The notes below the pieces were generated by a model. It saw nothing but the letters and a program-made list of their open reading frames with translations. It had not been told where the DNA came from and ran no database searches. Below are positions 35,425-45,204 of a DNA stretch of 64,000 nucleotides, piece after piece. The translations under genes and the position numbers were made by a program. Every line of letters starts with the position of its first letter. Positions within the stretch are counted from its first letter, which is position 1. This stretch comes from an uncultured Chloroflexia bacterium (GTDB lineage: Bacteria > Chloroflexota > Limnocylindria > QHBO01), in NCBI GenBank assembly GCA_963825525.1, contig CAWGTN010000002.1, positions 1,568,001-1,632,000 on the forward strand, written 5' to 3'.

Positions 35425-37068
35425 CTATGGGGTTGGCGTCGGTGTCGGAACCGGGGTGGGCGGCAGGGTGGGCACCGGCGTGGGTTCCGGCGTGGGTTCG
35501 GGCGTCGGCTCGGGCGTGGGAGACGGCGTGGGCGATGGAGTTGGTCCGCTGCTCACTACGAGATTGACCTGGGTGCCGGCGGGCACGGTGGTCCCGGCCG
35601 TCGGGTTGCTGCTGAGCACCGAGCCCTCCGGCTCCTGGCTCGGCTCGAAGTCGATCTCACCGACCGTCAATCCGAACTCCCTCAGCGTCGCCTCGGCCTG
35701 CGACTGCGTCTGGCCGCGAAGGCTCGGGACGCGGGCATCCTCCTCGCCGCTTGAGACGACCACGACAAGGGTGGAACCCTCGCTGATCGGCGCCCCGGTG
35801 GCCGGCTCGCAGCGGATCACGGTTCCGTTCGGGATGTCGGACGACGACTCGGACTGCTCCTCGACGACGAGGTCCAGGTCGCGGAGCTGCGTGCGCAACG
35901 TCGTCACTCTCACGCCCTCGCACTCGGGCACGGTCAGCACCGCCGCTGAGGGCGTGGGCGAGCTCGATGGGTCGCCGGATGCACCGAGCAGCTGCGCGGC
36001 AAGGAAGCCGATGGCACCCAGCAGGATCACGGCAAGGACGGCGAGCAGCCAGATCCACCATGGCTGGCCATCGTCCTCGTCTCGATCGTAGGGATCGACG
36101 CGGCGAGGCGGTTGGGCCACGGCGACGCGATCCGCCGGCCGCGTCACGCGCGGCGGGACGTACACGGTCGGCTCGCCTGCGGCGGGCGTCCCGGCCGGCG
36201 CGGCCATGACCCCGGGAAGTGGCGCGCCGGCGGCGTCGGGATCCCGGCGCCAGACACGCAGCGCTTCGGCGAATGCGCCGGCATCGGGGAAGCGGTCAGC
36301 CTGTTCGCGAGCCAGGCCGCGCATCAGGATCGCCTCCAGGCCGGGGGCCACGGGCCGTCCGATGGCGGTCGGTGTCGGCGGATCCTCGTTGAGGCGCTTG
36401 AGGGCCACCGCGGCCGCCGAATCACCCTCGAACGGGCGTCGGCCGGACAGCATCTCGTACAGCACGATGGCCAGGGCGTACACGTCCGAGGCACCGGTGA
36501 CCTCGTCACCGCGCGCCTGCTCGGGGCTGAAGTAGTGGACCGATCCCAGGGTCGTGCCGGTGACCGTCATCGAGGCCTCGGCCACGGCCCGGGCGATGCC
36601 AAAGTCGGTGACCTTCACGTCACCGGAGTCGGTGATGATGATGTTCCCGGGCTTCACGTCGCGATGGACGATCCCCTTGCGATGCGCGACCTCCAGGGCG
36701 CTGGCGACGCCGATCGCGATGCGCACGCTGTCGTCGACCGAGAGGGTGGCGCGTTCGCGCAGAACCGCCGCCAGGTCGCTGCCCTCGACGAGCTCCATGA
36801 CGATGTACTGGTCGCCATCGGCCCCGTCCGTGCCGTAGTCGTAGACGCCGACGATGTTCGGGTGCGAGAGGCCGCCTGCCGAGCGAGCTTCCTGCTTGAA
36901 TCGAGCCGCGAAGCCGGGGTCGGAGCTGAACTGGGGCCGGAGGAGCTTGACGGCGACCTCGCGATCGAGCTGCTCGTCGACGGCGCGCCAGATCGTGGCC
37001 ATGCCGCCCTCGCCCAGCGGGGCAATGAGCCGGTAGCGATCGCTGATGAGCCTGCCGATCATCTCCAC
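35425..37068 (-). CDS. PknB/Stk1 family Ser/Thr kinase with TM and two PASTA domains
   Basis: LGEGGMA, VAVK, HRDVKPGN, DFGIA, YFSPEQ, TM, two PASTA repeats, Pro/Thr tail. Confidence 0.95.
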   Translation of the reverse strand: MEMIGRLISDRYRLIAPLGEGGMATIWRAVDEQLDREVAVKLLRPQFSSDPGFAARFKQEARSAGGLSHPNIVGVYDYGTDGADGDQYIVMELVEGSDLAAVLRERATLSVDDSVRIAIGVASALEVAHRKGIVHRDVKPGNIIITDSGDVKVTDFGIARAVAEASMTVTGTTLGSVHYFSPEQARGDEVTGASDVYALAIVLYEMLSGRRPFEGDSAAAVALKRLNEDPPTPTAIGRPVAPGLEAILMRGLAREQADRFPDAGAFAEALRVWRRDPDAAGAPLPGVMAAPAGTPAAGEPTVYVPPRVTRPADRVAVAQPPRRVDPYDRDEDDGQPWWIWLLAVLAVILLGAIGFLAAQLLGASGDPSSSPTPSAAVLTVPECEGVRVTTLRTQLRDLDLVVEEQSESSSDIPNGTVIRCEPATGAPISEGSTLVVVVSSGEEDARVPSLRGQTQSQAEATLREFGLTVGEIDFEPSQEPEGSVLSSNPTAGTTVPAGTQVNLVVSSGPTPSPTPSPTPEPTPEPTPEPTPVPTLPPTPVPTPTPTP

Positions 37069-37075
37069 GTCGGCG

Positions 37076-37948
37076 TCAGTCTCGCAGGTCGAGGCCGCGA
37101 ATGTAGGAGCGGAACTCGTCCGCGTCGTCAGACTCGAGGCCCACCGCCACGTTCGCCTTCAGCCAGCCCAGCCGCGTGCCCGCGTCGTGGCGCGTGCCCT
37201 CGAACTGGTAGCCGAAGACCGGCTGCTCGTGGATGAGGCCGCGGATGGCGTCGGTCAGCTGGATCTCGCCACCCGCACCGCGCGTCGTCTGCTCCAGCAC
37301 GTCGAAGATCTTGGGGGTCAGGACGTAGCGGCCCAGCACCGCCAGGTCGGACGGCGCGTCGTCGACCGCCGGCTTCTCGATGAGGTCTCGGATCTCGACC
37401 AGCCGGCCCTCCTCGTGGAGCGGCTCGAGGATGCCGTAGCGGCTCACGTCCTCGCGTGGGACCCGCTGCACCGCCACGACGCTTCCGCGGTGGGCCATGT
37501 GCGCGTCGATGAGCTGCTTGGTGACGGGCTCGCCGGTCGGGTTGAGCATGACGTCATCCGACAGGAGCACCGCGAACGGCTCCTCGCCGACGAGGTCCTT
37601 GGCCATGAGGACGGCGTGCCCCAGGCCGAGCTGCTCACGCTGGTGCACGAACGCAACGGTGCCGAACTCGCTGATGCGCCGAATCGTGCGCAGCATCTCG
37701 ATGTCGCCGCGCTCCTCCAGCCAGCGTTCGAGGGAGGGGCTCGAGTCGAAGTGGTCCTCGATGGCGCTGCGCCCGGTGGCGATCACGATGATGATCTGCT
37801 CGATCCCGGATGCCACTGCCTCCTCGACCGCGTACTGGATGATCGGCCGATCGACGAGCGGCATGATCTCCTTCGGAATCGACTTGGTCGCCGGAAGGAA
37901 TCGGGTCCCGAAGCCCGCGGCGGGCAGGACGGCTTTTCGGACGCGCAC
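37076..37948 (-). CDS. galU: UTP-glucose-1-phosphate uridylyltransferase
   Basis: RKAVLPAAGFGTRFLPATKSIPKE, LGLGHAV, EKP, GEIQLTDA. Confidence 0.96.
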   Translation of the reverse strand: MRVRKAVLPAAGFGTRFLPATKSIPKEIMPLVDRPIIQYAVEEAVASGIEQIIIVIATGRSAIEDHFDSSPSLERWLEERGDIEMLRTIRRISEFGTVAFVHQREQLGLGHAVLMAKDLVGEEPFAVLLSDDVMLNPTGEPVTKQLIDAHMAHRGSVVAVQRVPREDVSRYGILEPLHEEGRLVEIRDLIEKPAVDDAPSDLAVLGRYVLTPKIFDVLEQTTRGAGGEIQLTDAIRGLIHEQPVFGYQFEGTRHDAGTRLGWLKANVAVGLESDDADEFRSYIRGLDLRD

Positions 37949-38120
37949 GATGATCTGGGGTACTCCTGGCTGCGGCTCACTGATGGCCGGCGCTGCAGCG
38001 TCGGGATCGTCACGAAGGACGCGCGCGGCGGCGGGATCGGTCTCGTGTAGGGGACGCCAGTATAGCAATCGGCGTTGCACGGACCCGATGGTGGCCGGGA
38101 ACGGTACAATCGCGCCGCCC

Positions 38121-38567
38121 ATGATCAAGTCGCTCGTTCGAACGTTCCGCGGGCCCAGCCGCGACCCGCGCATGACCTATGTCAGCCGGCCCATGCCCCG
38201 CGACCTGACCGACGAGGATGCGGTCGCCGCGCTCGAGATCGCGCTCGGCGTAGACCCGAACCCGGCGTACCTGGTCGAGACGCTGCCCGCCGCCTTGAAG
38301 CAGGTGACCGGACGCGACCTCCAGGTGCTCGACCGATCCGTCCGGGACGTTACCGGCGCCTTCAGCAAGATCCAGGTCATGATCCGCGACGGCGACGTGG
38401 GCAGCTGGCCGGGGTATGCCGCGATGTCCTATCCACTGCTGGATGCGTCCACAAAGGCGGAGGAGACCCGCGCCGCCATCGTCGCGGCCGATGCGCCCGG
38501 CGAGGAGGGCGCGGATCCGGCCGGGCCGAAGGTCGGCTGGGAGCCGCCGCCTCCGGTGCGCCGCTGA
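38121..38567 (+). CDS. Hypothetical protein (148 aa)
   Basis: TACAAT -10 at 38105; GC3-rich codons; TGATG coupling to the next gene. Confidence 0.65.
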   Translation: MIKSLVRTFRGPSRDPRMTYVSRPMPRDLTDEDAVAALEIALGVDPNPAYLVETLPAALKQVTGRDLQVLDRSVRDVTGAFSKIQVMIRDGDVGSWPGYAAMSYPLLDASTKAEETRAAIVAADAPGEEGADPAGPKVGWEPPPPVRR

Positions 38568-38746
38568 TGGGGCGCCAGAACGTCCCGCGCGACCAGTGGC
38601 TCGAGCTGGGCCACGAATGCCCACGCTGCGGCGAGAGGATCAACGAGGAGGACGTCCATGCCTGGCGCCCGATGCCCGAGGATCCGAAGCTGCTCCTGCT
38701 CTACTGCCCGAACTGTGGCGACCGCGTCGAGATCAACCACATCTGA
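38567..38746 (+). CDS. Small zinc-ribbon protein (59 aa)
   Basis: ECPRCG...YCPNCG; start overlaps the upstream stop. Confidence 0.72.
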   Translation: MGRQNVPRDQWLELGHECPRCGERINEEDVHAWRPMPEDPKLLLLYCPNCGDRVEINHI

Positions 38747-38761
38747 GGTCCGCAGCAGAGC

Positions 38762-39205
38762 GTGATGGAGACGACGTTCGACACGGTCATCCGCGGGGAC
38801 GGCAACAACGCCGGCATTGAAGTCCCGCCCGAGAACCTGGCGCAACTGGGAAGCAGCAAGCGGCCCCCTGTCGTGGTCACCGTCGGGACCTACAGCTATC
38901 GGAGCACGGCCGGCGTAGTGGATGGCCGAACCATGATCTCGCTGCCCAAAGCTCATCGCGACGCGTCCGGTCTGAAGGCCGGTGACGAGGTGACCGTCAC
39001 GCTCACGCTCGACGCCGGGGCCCGCCCAGTGGACGTCCCTCCTGAACTGGCCGCCGCGCTTGAGGACGCGGGGCTCACCGCGAAGTTCGAGGGCCTCGCC
39101 TACTCAAAGCGCAAGGAGTACGCACGATTGGTAGGCGAAGCGAAGGCTGAGGCAACGCGTGCGCGGCGCGTCGATAAGGTTCTCACCCAGGTGGCTCAAG
39201 GCTAG
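38762..39205 (+). CDS. DUF1905 + YdeI/OmpD-associated (OmdA) family protein
   Basis: IEVP...KRPPVVVTV..YSYRST, GLKAGDEV, VPPELAAAL, YSKRKEY...AKAEATRARR. Confidence 0.85.
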   Translation: MMETTFDTVIRGDGNNAGIEVPPENLAQLGSSKRPPVVVTVGTYSYRSTAGVVDGRTMISLPKAHRDASGLKAGDEVTVTLTLDAGARPVDVPPELAAALEDAGLTAKFEGLAYSKRKEYARLVGEAKAEATRARRVDKVLTQVAQG

Positions 39206-39340
39206 GTGCCGGTAGTGGCCCGCGGCACACGGTGAGCGCACGAGACGGCGCCGGCGCGCGGAGGCACCTGGGTGCCGAATCCACCCACCCCTGACCGGTG
39301 AGGTGCGCGCGAGGGCCGGGAGTACCCGGCGGGGGAGGGT

Positions 39341-39417
39341 TGGTGCCCCCAAGGGGATTCGAACCCCTGATCTCCACCTTGAAAGGGTGGCGTCCTAGGC
39401 CTCTAGACGATGGGGGC
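39341..39417 (-). tRNA. tRNA-Glu(TTC)
   Basis: Reverse complement GCCCCCATCGTCTAGAGGCCTAGGACGCCACCCTTTCAAGGTGGAGATCAGGGGTTCGAATCCCCTTGGGGGCACCA. Confidence 0.97.
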
Positions 39418-39475
39418 ATCGGTCGGACCGGGGGCCAATCGTAGCAGCGAGACGGCCGCCGATGCTCGCCGCGGG

Positions 39476-39787
39476 TCAGCCCAGGAAGAAGAGCAGCACC
39501 AGGATCAGCAGGCCGGCGATGGCCACGGCGGCCACGAGCGCCATGAGCCCGCCGCCGATGGCGATGATCACTGCCTGGCCATGCTGGTGGCGCCGCGAGG
39601 CGCGGCTGGCCCAGATCCACCCCTGGCTGAACAGGAACAGCCCGATGAGCGCGCCGAGAACGGCAGCCGCCAGCAGCGCCAGGACCGACAGGTCCGAGTC
39701 GCGGCCCAGCAGGGCGAGGGCGGAGAGGGCGCCGGCGATGATCAGGCCCACGATTCCGATCACGGCGTTGCGCAGCAGAGGGTGCAT
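39476..39787 (-). CDS. Small membrane protein (about 3 TM)
   Basis: Very hydrophobic 103 aa; TAGAAT 9 nt upstream. Confidence 0.7.
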   Translation of the reverse strand: MHPLLRNAVIGIVGLIIAGALSALALLGRDSDLSVLALLAAAVLGALIGLFLFSQGWIWASRASRRHQHGQAVIIAIGGGLMALVAAVAIAGLLILVLLFFLG

Positions 39788-39880
39788 CGGCGCGCAATTC
39801 TAGCCGGTCACATTGGGTACGTAACTTGCTTAGCCAGTGAGCAAGAGACCGACCACCGACACCAGCGAAGGAGGCGCCAG

Positions 39881-40147
39881 ATGGCCGACGGCCGTGGCAC
39901 CGACCAGAACGGCACCACCGACGAAGGAAACATGAGCGTCCGGGAGGCCGGACGGAAGGGCGGCAAGACGACCCGCGCCCGGTATGGCGCCGAGTTCTTC
40001 CAGGAGATCGGCTCGAAGGGCGGCAAGGCCGTCAGCGAGCGTTACTCGAACGAGCACTTCCGCGAGATCGGGCGCAAGGGCGGCCGGAGAGTGGCGGAGC
40101 TCATCGCTCGCGCGAAGCGCATGGAGCCGGATCAGCCCGCGGAGTAA
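39881..40147 (+). CDS. KGG-repeat general stress protein (GsiB/Em-like)
   Basis: MSVREAGRKGG, FFQEIGSKGG, FREIGRKGG; AAGGAGG SD. Confidence 0.9.
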   Translation: MADGRGTDQNGTTDEGNMSVREAGRKGGKTTRARYGAEFFQEIGSKGGKAVSERYSNEHFREIGRKGGRRVAELIARAKRMEPDQPAE

Positions 40148-40737
40148 CGCTGCTCCTTCCAGGGATCGGCCTCGTTGTGGTAGCCGTTGCGCTCCCAGAA
40201 CCCGAGATGGTCCTCGGCACTGAACTCGACCCCGCGCAGCCACTTCGCGCTCTTCCAGAAGTAGGGACCCGGCACGATGGCGCGCATCGGGTAGCCGTGC
40301 TCGGGGCTGATCGGTTGTCCGTCGTAGTTCCATGCCAGCAGACAGCCGGGCTGCATCGCCGTGGCGATCGGCACATTCGAGGTGAAGCCGCCCTCGGCGT
40401 GGAAGATCACGAAACGCGCCTGGACGGTCGGGCCGGCCACCTCCGCGATATGCGTGAACGGGACGCCCTCCCAGCGCGTATCGAGCTTCGACCAGCGGGT
40501 GACGCAGTGGATGTCATGCGTCTCCTCGGCGGTCGGGAGGGCCCGGAACTCCGCCCAGCCGAGCGTGAACGGATGCTCGACCTCGCCCCACACCCGGAAG
40601 TCCCAGCCGGACAGGTCGGCGAAGTCCGGGACGCGACCGAAGTGCAGCACGGGGAACTTGTCGGTCAGGACCTGACCGGGCGGGACCCGTTCGGCGAGCT
40701 CGGGCGGAATGTTGCGCCTCTGCCAGGGGAAGGCCAT
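40132..40737 (-). CDS. Sulfite oxidase-like molybdopterin oxidoreductase (YuiH-like)
   Basis: PPGQ..T.KFPVLH, DIHCVTRWS, EHGYPMR, YFWKSAKW, GFWERNGYH. Confidence 0.92.
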   Translation of the reverse strand: MAFPWQRRNIPPELAERVPPGQVLTDKFPVLHFGRVPDFADLSGWDFRVWGEVEHPFTLGWAEFRALPTAEETHDIHCVTRWSKLDTRWEGVPFTHIAEVAGPTVQARFVIFHAEGGFTSNVPIATAMQPGCLLAWNYDGQPISPEHGYPMRAIVPGPYFWKSAKWLRGVEFSAEDHLGFWERNGYHNEADPWKEQRYSAG

Positions 40738-40782
40738 TGGCGAAGCCTGCGCGGTCCGCGCGCCGCGGTCAAGGCCGAGAGA

Positions 40783-41214
40783 TCAGCCCTCGTCGCCGAT
40801 CCGCTCACGCCGCCGTTGTCGATGCCGCTCGTCGAGCCGCTCCCGGCGCTGTGCTTCCCACATGTCCCAGGCGCCGATCACGACGGCCAGCAGCAGCCCG
40901 CCCACCCACAGCATCGTGGCGACTCCGGGTGCGTATGCCTCCGTCGGGATCGTGCCGTCCTCGGGGAATGGAGGAACCACCGGGGTTCCCAGGAGCCCGT
41001 AGCCGAGCTGGGCGGTCAGGCCGATGGCGACCATCAGCACGCCGATCTCTATCCAGCGGTGGTGGATGATCAGGCTGATGGCGGCCACCACGATGACGAC
41101 GCCCGCGAAGGCGACGCCAAGGTCCACGGCCGCCAGCCACAGGATCCCGAGTGCGATGCCGGACCCGGCGATGGCGAGTGATACGCGGTCGAACTGTCCG
41201 ATGAATGCGCGCAT
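40783..41214 (-). CDS. Hypothetical membrane protein
   Basis: Four hydrophobic segments; GGGAGG SD before ATG 41214. Confidence 0.65.
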   Translation of the reverse strand: MRAFIGQFDRVSLAIAGSGIALGILWLAAVDLGVAFAGVVIVVAAISLIIHHRWIEIGVLMVAIGLTAQLGYGLLGTPVVPPFPEDGTIPTEAYAPGVATMLWVGGLLLAVVIGAWDMWEAQRRERLDERHRQRRRERIGDEG

Positions 41215-41274
41215 GGCGTCCCTCCCTGCAATCACTCTACGACCTCCGCACGCCGACGCCTAGACTCCACTGCC

Positions 41275-43014
41275 GTGACCAATGCATCGAGCCCGTTCGC
41301 CGATCTGGCCGCCACGGCCGCCGCCGTCGGCGCAACGCGCAGCAAGAACGCGAAGCGCGATCTCCTCGCCGCGTACCTCCGCGATCTTGGTCCCGATGAC
41401 CTCGCGGCCGCCTCTGCCTTCTTCAGCGGACGGCCGCTGACTGACCCGACCGCGAAGCTCGGCATGGGCTGGGTCCAGCAGGGTGCGGCGCTCACGCGCG
41501 CCACCGGCGCCGATGACGAAAAGATCCGCGCGGCCTACCTCCGTCACTCGGACTTCGGCGATGCGGCCGGCGAGTTGCTGGCCAACGCGTCGCCGGCGGA
41601 TCCGCCGCTGACCGTGCAGGACGTGGCATCGACCTTCGCGGAGATCGCGTCCGCGTCGAATGGCGAGGCTCGGATCGCGCTGCTTGCCGACCTGTTTCAC
41701 CGTGCGGGACCCGATGGCGCCCGCTTCATCGGACGAATCTCCTCTCGCGAGACCCGCATCGGCCTGCGTGAGGGCCTGCTCGAGGAGGCCGTGGCTGCGG
41801 CGTTTGACGCGGAGCTCGCCGCCGTTCGCCGCGCGCACATGCTCACCGGCGACATCGGCGAGGCGGCGCTGTTGGCCCGCGATGGTCGCCTGGCTGACGC
41901 GGCGCTGCACATCGGCCGCCCGATCCGCTTCATGCTCGCTTCACCGCTTGCCGATGCCGACGAGGTGATGCGCCGGGTCGGCGGCGAGGCATGGATCGAG
42001 GACAAGTACGACGGCATCCGGGCGCAGCTCCACCTGCACGCCGGCGGACGGCTTCAGCTCTTCAGCCGTGACCTCAACGACGTGACGCGGTCGTTCCCCG
42101 AGATTGCCGACGTGGCCGGGGCACTGGCGTCGGCCGCGCCGCTGGTCATCGACGGCGAGCTGGTCCCGTGGCGGGAGGGATCGGTGCTCGATTTCGCATC
42201 GCTCCAGACGCGCCTGGGCCGGGTTCGCCCCTCGGCCGCGCTCCTTGCCGAGGTCCCGGTGGTGCTGGTGGCGTTCGACCTCCTCCATCACGCCGGTCGC
42301 GACATGCTCGAGGTCCCGCTCCGGGAGCGTCGCGCGGCGCTCGAGTCGCTGTCCCTGCCCGACCTCACGTCCGAGCGCATCCTGCTCGCCCACCTCGCGA
42401 CCGCCGCATCGGCCGTTGAGGTGGACCGTCACTTCGACGACGCGCGTGAGCGTCGGAACGAGGGGCTGATGATCAAGGATCCCGACTCGACGTATCAGCC
42501 GGGACGTCGGGGTCTCGGGTGGCTCAAGCTGAAGAAGGCGCTCGCCACGCTCGACTGCGTGGTGGTGGGTGTCGAGTGGGGCCACGGCAAGCGCAAGGAC
42601 GTCCTGTCCGACTACACGTTCGCGGTGCGCGACGGGGATGCCCCCGACGCCGCGCTGCTGACCATCGGCAAGGCGTACACGGGCCTGACCGATGCCGAGA
42701 TCGCCGAGATGACGCGACACTTTGCGTCGATCACGCTTCGCGACCATGGGCGCTACCGCACGGTAGTTCCGGAAGTCGTGGTGGAGATCGCGTTCGACCG
42801 GATCATGCGGTCGACTCGCCACCGGTCCGGCTTCGCCATGCGGTTCCCGCGCATCGTCCGCATCCGCGACGACAAGACGGCCGCCGAAATCGACACCCTC
42901 GCCACCGTCGAGGCTCTGTTCGGCGACCAGGCAACCGGACGGATTCTGCTGGCCACCGGTGCATCCGGCGAGACGGAGCGCATCACGGCCACGGGAGAAG
43001 CCGGCGACCTATGA
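41275..43014 (+). CDS. ATP-dependent DNA ligase (LigB-type, intact)
   Basis: N-terminal DBD, motif I EDKYDGIR, IDGE, FDLL, EGLMIK, WLKLK, OB domain, MRFPR..RIRDDK. Confidence 0.95.
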   Translation: MTNASSPFADLAATAAAVGATRSKNAKRDLLAAYLRDLGPDDLAAASAFFSGRPLTDPTAKLGMGWVQQGAALTRATGADDEKIRAAYLRHSDFGDAAGELLANASPADPPLTVQDVASTFAEIASASNGEARIALLADLFHRAGPDGARFIGRISSRETRIGLREGLLEEAVAAAFDAELAAVRRAHMLTGDIGEAALLARDGRLADAALHIGRPIRFMLASPLADADEVMRRVGGEAWIEDKYDGIRAQLHLHAGGRLQLFSRDLNDVTRSFPEIADVAGALASAAPLVIDGELVPWREGSVLDFASLQTRLGRVRPSAALLAEVPVVLVAFDLLHHAGRDMLEVPLRERRAALESLSLPDLTSERILLAHLATAASAVEVDRHFDDARERRNEGLMIKDPDSTYQPGRRGLGWLKLKKALATLDCVVVGVEWGHGKRKDVLSDYTFAVRDGDAPDAALLTIGKAYTGLTDAEIAEMTRHFASITLRDHGRYRTVVPEVVVEIAFDRIMRSTRHRSGFAMRFPRIVRIRDDKTAAEIDTLATVEALFGDQATGRILLATGASGETERITATGEAGDL

Positions 43015-43021
43015 TTCGCCG

Positions 43022-43801
43022 ATGAGCGAGCTTCCCGAGCATGTCCGTCGCAACCGCGAGGCATGGGATGAGATGGCTGCGGGCTTCGTGGCCAACGGCG
43101 AGCGCAGCTGGGCGACCGACGAGTTCACCTGGGGCGTGTGGGGCGTCCCGGAGTCGGAGCTCCGGGCACTTCCGGCGGACGTCGAGGGCAAGGATGTGAT
43201 CGAGCTCGGCTGCGGGACCGCCTACGTCTCGGCGTGGCTCGCCCGACGAGGGGCTCGGCCGGTCGGGATCGACAACAGCCCCAAGCAGCTCGAGACGGCG
43301 CGCCGCCTCCAGGCCGAGCACGGGTTGGACTTCCCGCTGCTGCTCGGCAGCGCCGAGGAGGTCCCGTACCCGGACGAGAGCTTCGACATCGCCATCAGCG
43401 AATACGGCGCCTCGATCTGGGCCGATCCGGACCGCTGGATTCCGGAGGCAGCTCGGCTGCTGCGACCCGGTGGGGAGCTGGTGTTCCTGGTGAACGGCGT
43501 CTTCTTCATCCTCACGGTGCCGGATACGAATGACGAGGGCCCGGCCACCGAACGACTGCTGCGCCCCTACTTCGGGATGCGTCGGTTCGAATGGCCCGAC
43601 GACCCCGGGGTGGAGTTCCATCTCGGCTACGGCGACATGATCCGCGTGCTGCGCTCGAGCGGCTTCGAGGTCCTCGACCTCATCGAGGTCCGTGCGCCGG
43701 AGGGTGGCACCACCAACGACCATCTCCAGGATCCGGCCTGGGCACGTCGATGGCCGTCGGAGGAGATCTGGAAGGCTCGCAAGCTCGGCCGGGTCGGGTA
43801 G
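43022..43801 (+). CDS. Class I SAM-dependent methyltransferase
   Basis: VIELGCGTA, GIDNS, PYPDESFD, ARLLRPGG. Confidence 0.92.
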   Translation: MSELPEHVRRNREAWDEMAAGFVANGERSWATDEFTWGVWGVPESELRALPADVEGKDVIELGCGTAYVSAWLARRGARPVGIDNSPKQLETARRLQAEHGLDFPLLLGSAEEVPYPDESFDIAISEYGASIWADPDRWIPEAARLLRPGGELVFLVNGVFFILTVPDTNDEGPATERLLRPYFGMRRFEWPDDPGVEFHLGYGDMIRVLRSSGFEVLDLIEVRAPEGGTTNDHLQDPAWARRWPSEEIWKARKLGRVG

Positions 43802-43810
43802 GATCGGCCC

Positions 43811-44407
43811 ATGGACTCGTTCGGCGGCTTCAGCGCGGCAACGGAGAAGAAGGTCGACCTGCTGACCGACTCGTATCGGATCTCGGGGGTGATCCTCACC
43901 CGGTTCACGCGGGTGACCGACATCCTCAACCAGGTGACCGGCAGCCACCTCACCGTCGGGCAGGCGACGATCAGCGAGCATGCCGACCCGAGCGCGACAC
44001 AGTCGGCCCCCACGGTCAACGTCGAGCTGTCGTCGATCCTCGTGCTCGTCGCGCCGGAGCTCGTGGGCTCGGCGAGCTCGGAGATGCGCGTGCCGAAGCG
44101 ACCCGTTCGTGCCCAGCTGGCCATCCCCCCGCTGCGGTGCACGGGGACGATCCACGTGGCCCAGGGCAGCCGGCCGCTCGACGGCCTTCTCAACCTGACC
44201 GATCGGTTCATCGCCATGACCGACGTGCAGGTTGAGTCGGGGCCGTATCCGCAGCTCGCGCGAAGCGCGGACGTCGTTGCCGTCGCCCGCGCGCGGGCGC
44301 AGCTGCTCCTGGTGGTCGATGACGAACGGCCCGATGAGCTCCTTGCGGACGTGCTCGACCAGCAGACCGCCCAGACATGGCTGCGCACGGACGACGGCGA
44401 CCGCTGA
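43811..44407 (+). CDS. Hypothetical protein with internal duplication (DUF6812-like)
   Basis: Two similar halves: RISGVI..RVTDILN..HLTV and RCTGTIHV..RPLDGLLN..FIAMTD. Confidence 0.6.
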   Translation: MDSFGGFSAATEKKVDLLTDSYRISGVILTRFTRVTDILNQVTGSHLTVGQATISEHADPSATQSAPTVNVELSSILVLVAPELVGSASSEMRVPKRPVRAQLAIPPLRCTGTIHVAQGSRPLDGLLNLTDRFIAMTDVQVESGPYPQLARSADVVAVARARAQLLLVVDDERPDELLADVLDQQTAQTWLRTDDGDR

Positions 44408-44416
44408 CAGCCCGCG

Positions 44417-45172
44417 TCAGGAAGAGTGTCGTACCTCACGGCCACGTGACAGCTCGATCCTGGTGGTCTCCGCCGCATCCAGCACGGCCGAAATGAGGGC
44501 CCGACCCGCGACCGGATCGAGGCGGCGGGCACGGCCGATCGCGTTGGCCCACCACGGTGCGTTGTCGGCGGTGACGATCTCGTCCTCCGGTTCCTCCAGG
44601 ACGATCTTGGAACCGCGCAGCGGGAAGACGGCGACGCCGCGGACCGGCACGTTCGCGATTCCGACCTGGCTCGCCCAGCGCGCCACCCCCTCGGCGAGAC
44701 CGCCCGCGTCGTGGCTGGGATTGGTCCGGCAGCGGATCCAACCCCGGTTGCCTCCCGCGTCGAACTCCCAGCGGCGTCCGCGGACGCGGTAGTTGCCATC
44801 CCAGTCCCGCACGGTGAGTGCGCGGACGCCGGCCGGCCCGATGAGCAGGCCGTCGAGGCGCGCGGCGTCCCGGATGGGCAGTCGGGGGCCGATGACCAGG
44901 GTGTACGTGTCATCGAAGGCCGGCGCGAGCAGGCGTTCGACCAGCGCTCCGGCGGACCGGGACCGGCCGGGCAGGACCAGCCTGGCGAGCCACACGGCTC
45001 CCACGCCAAGGCCGACGGCGGCCACCATTCCCATTGGGCCGATGAGGCCGGGCGTCCCCCTGCCCGCAACGAGCGCAATGATCGTGGCGAGCACACCGGT
45101 CAGGGTCATGGCCACGGCCACGAGGAGCGCGCGGGCACGGTGTGGTGAGGGCGCTGGCCGGATCACGCGCAT
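44417..45172 (-). CDS. Membrane-anchored NERD (nuclease-related domain) protein, degenerate
   Basis: Two N-terminal TMs; LDGLLIGPAGV, WDG.Y and NP match NERD; the expected ExK reads TVR. Confidence 0.75.
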   Translation of the reverse strand: MRVIRPAPSPHRARALLVAVAMTLTGVLATIIALVAGRGTPGLIGPMGMVAAVGLGVGAVWLARLVLPGRSRSAGALVERLLAPAFDDTYTLVIGPRLPIRDAARLDGLLIGPAGVRALTVRDWDGNYRVRGRRWEFDAGGNRGWIRCRTNPSHDAGGLAEGVARWASQVGIANVPVRGVAVFPLRGSKIVLEEPEDEIVTADNAPWWANAIGRARRLDPVAGRALISAVLDAAETTRIELSRGREVRHSS

Positions 45173-45204
45173 GCTTCCATCCCACTCTCGTCTAGGCTGG
45201 TGAC

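Noticed and set aside
35428-35545. Tandem 12-bp-like repeats at the kinase 3' end
   Set aside because: Encodes a Pro/Thr/Glu low-complexity tail (PTPEPTPE); a coding linker.
23208-39417. Genomic island between tRNA-Thr and tRNA-Glu
   Set aside because: No integrase, no duplicated tRNA 3' end seen, no obvious compositional shift, and the interval holds core genes (rplY, fol, trxA, galU).
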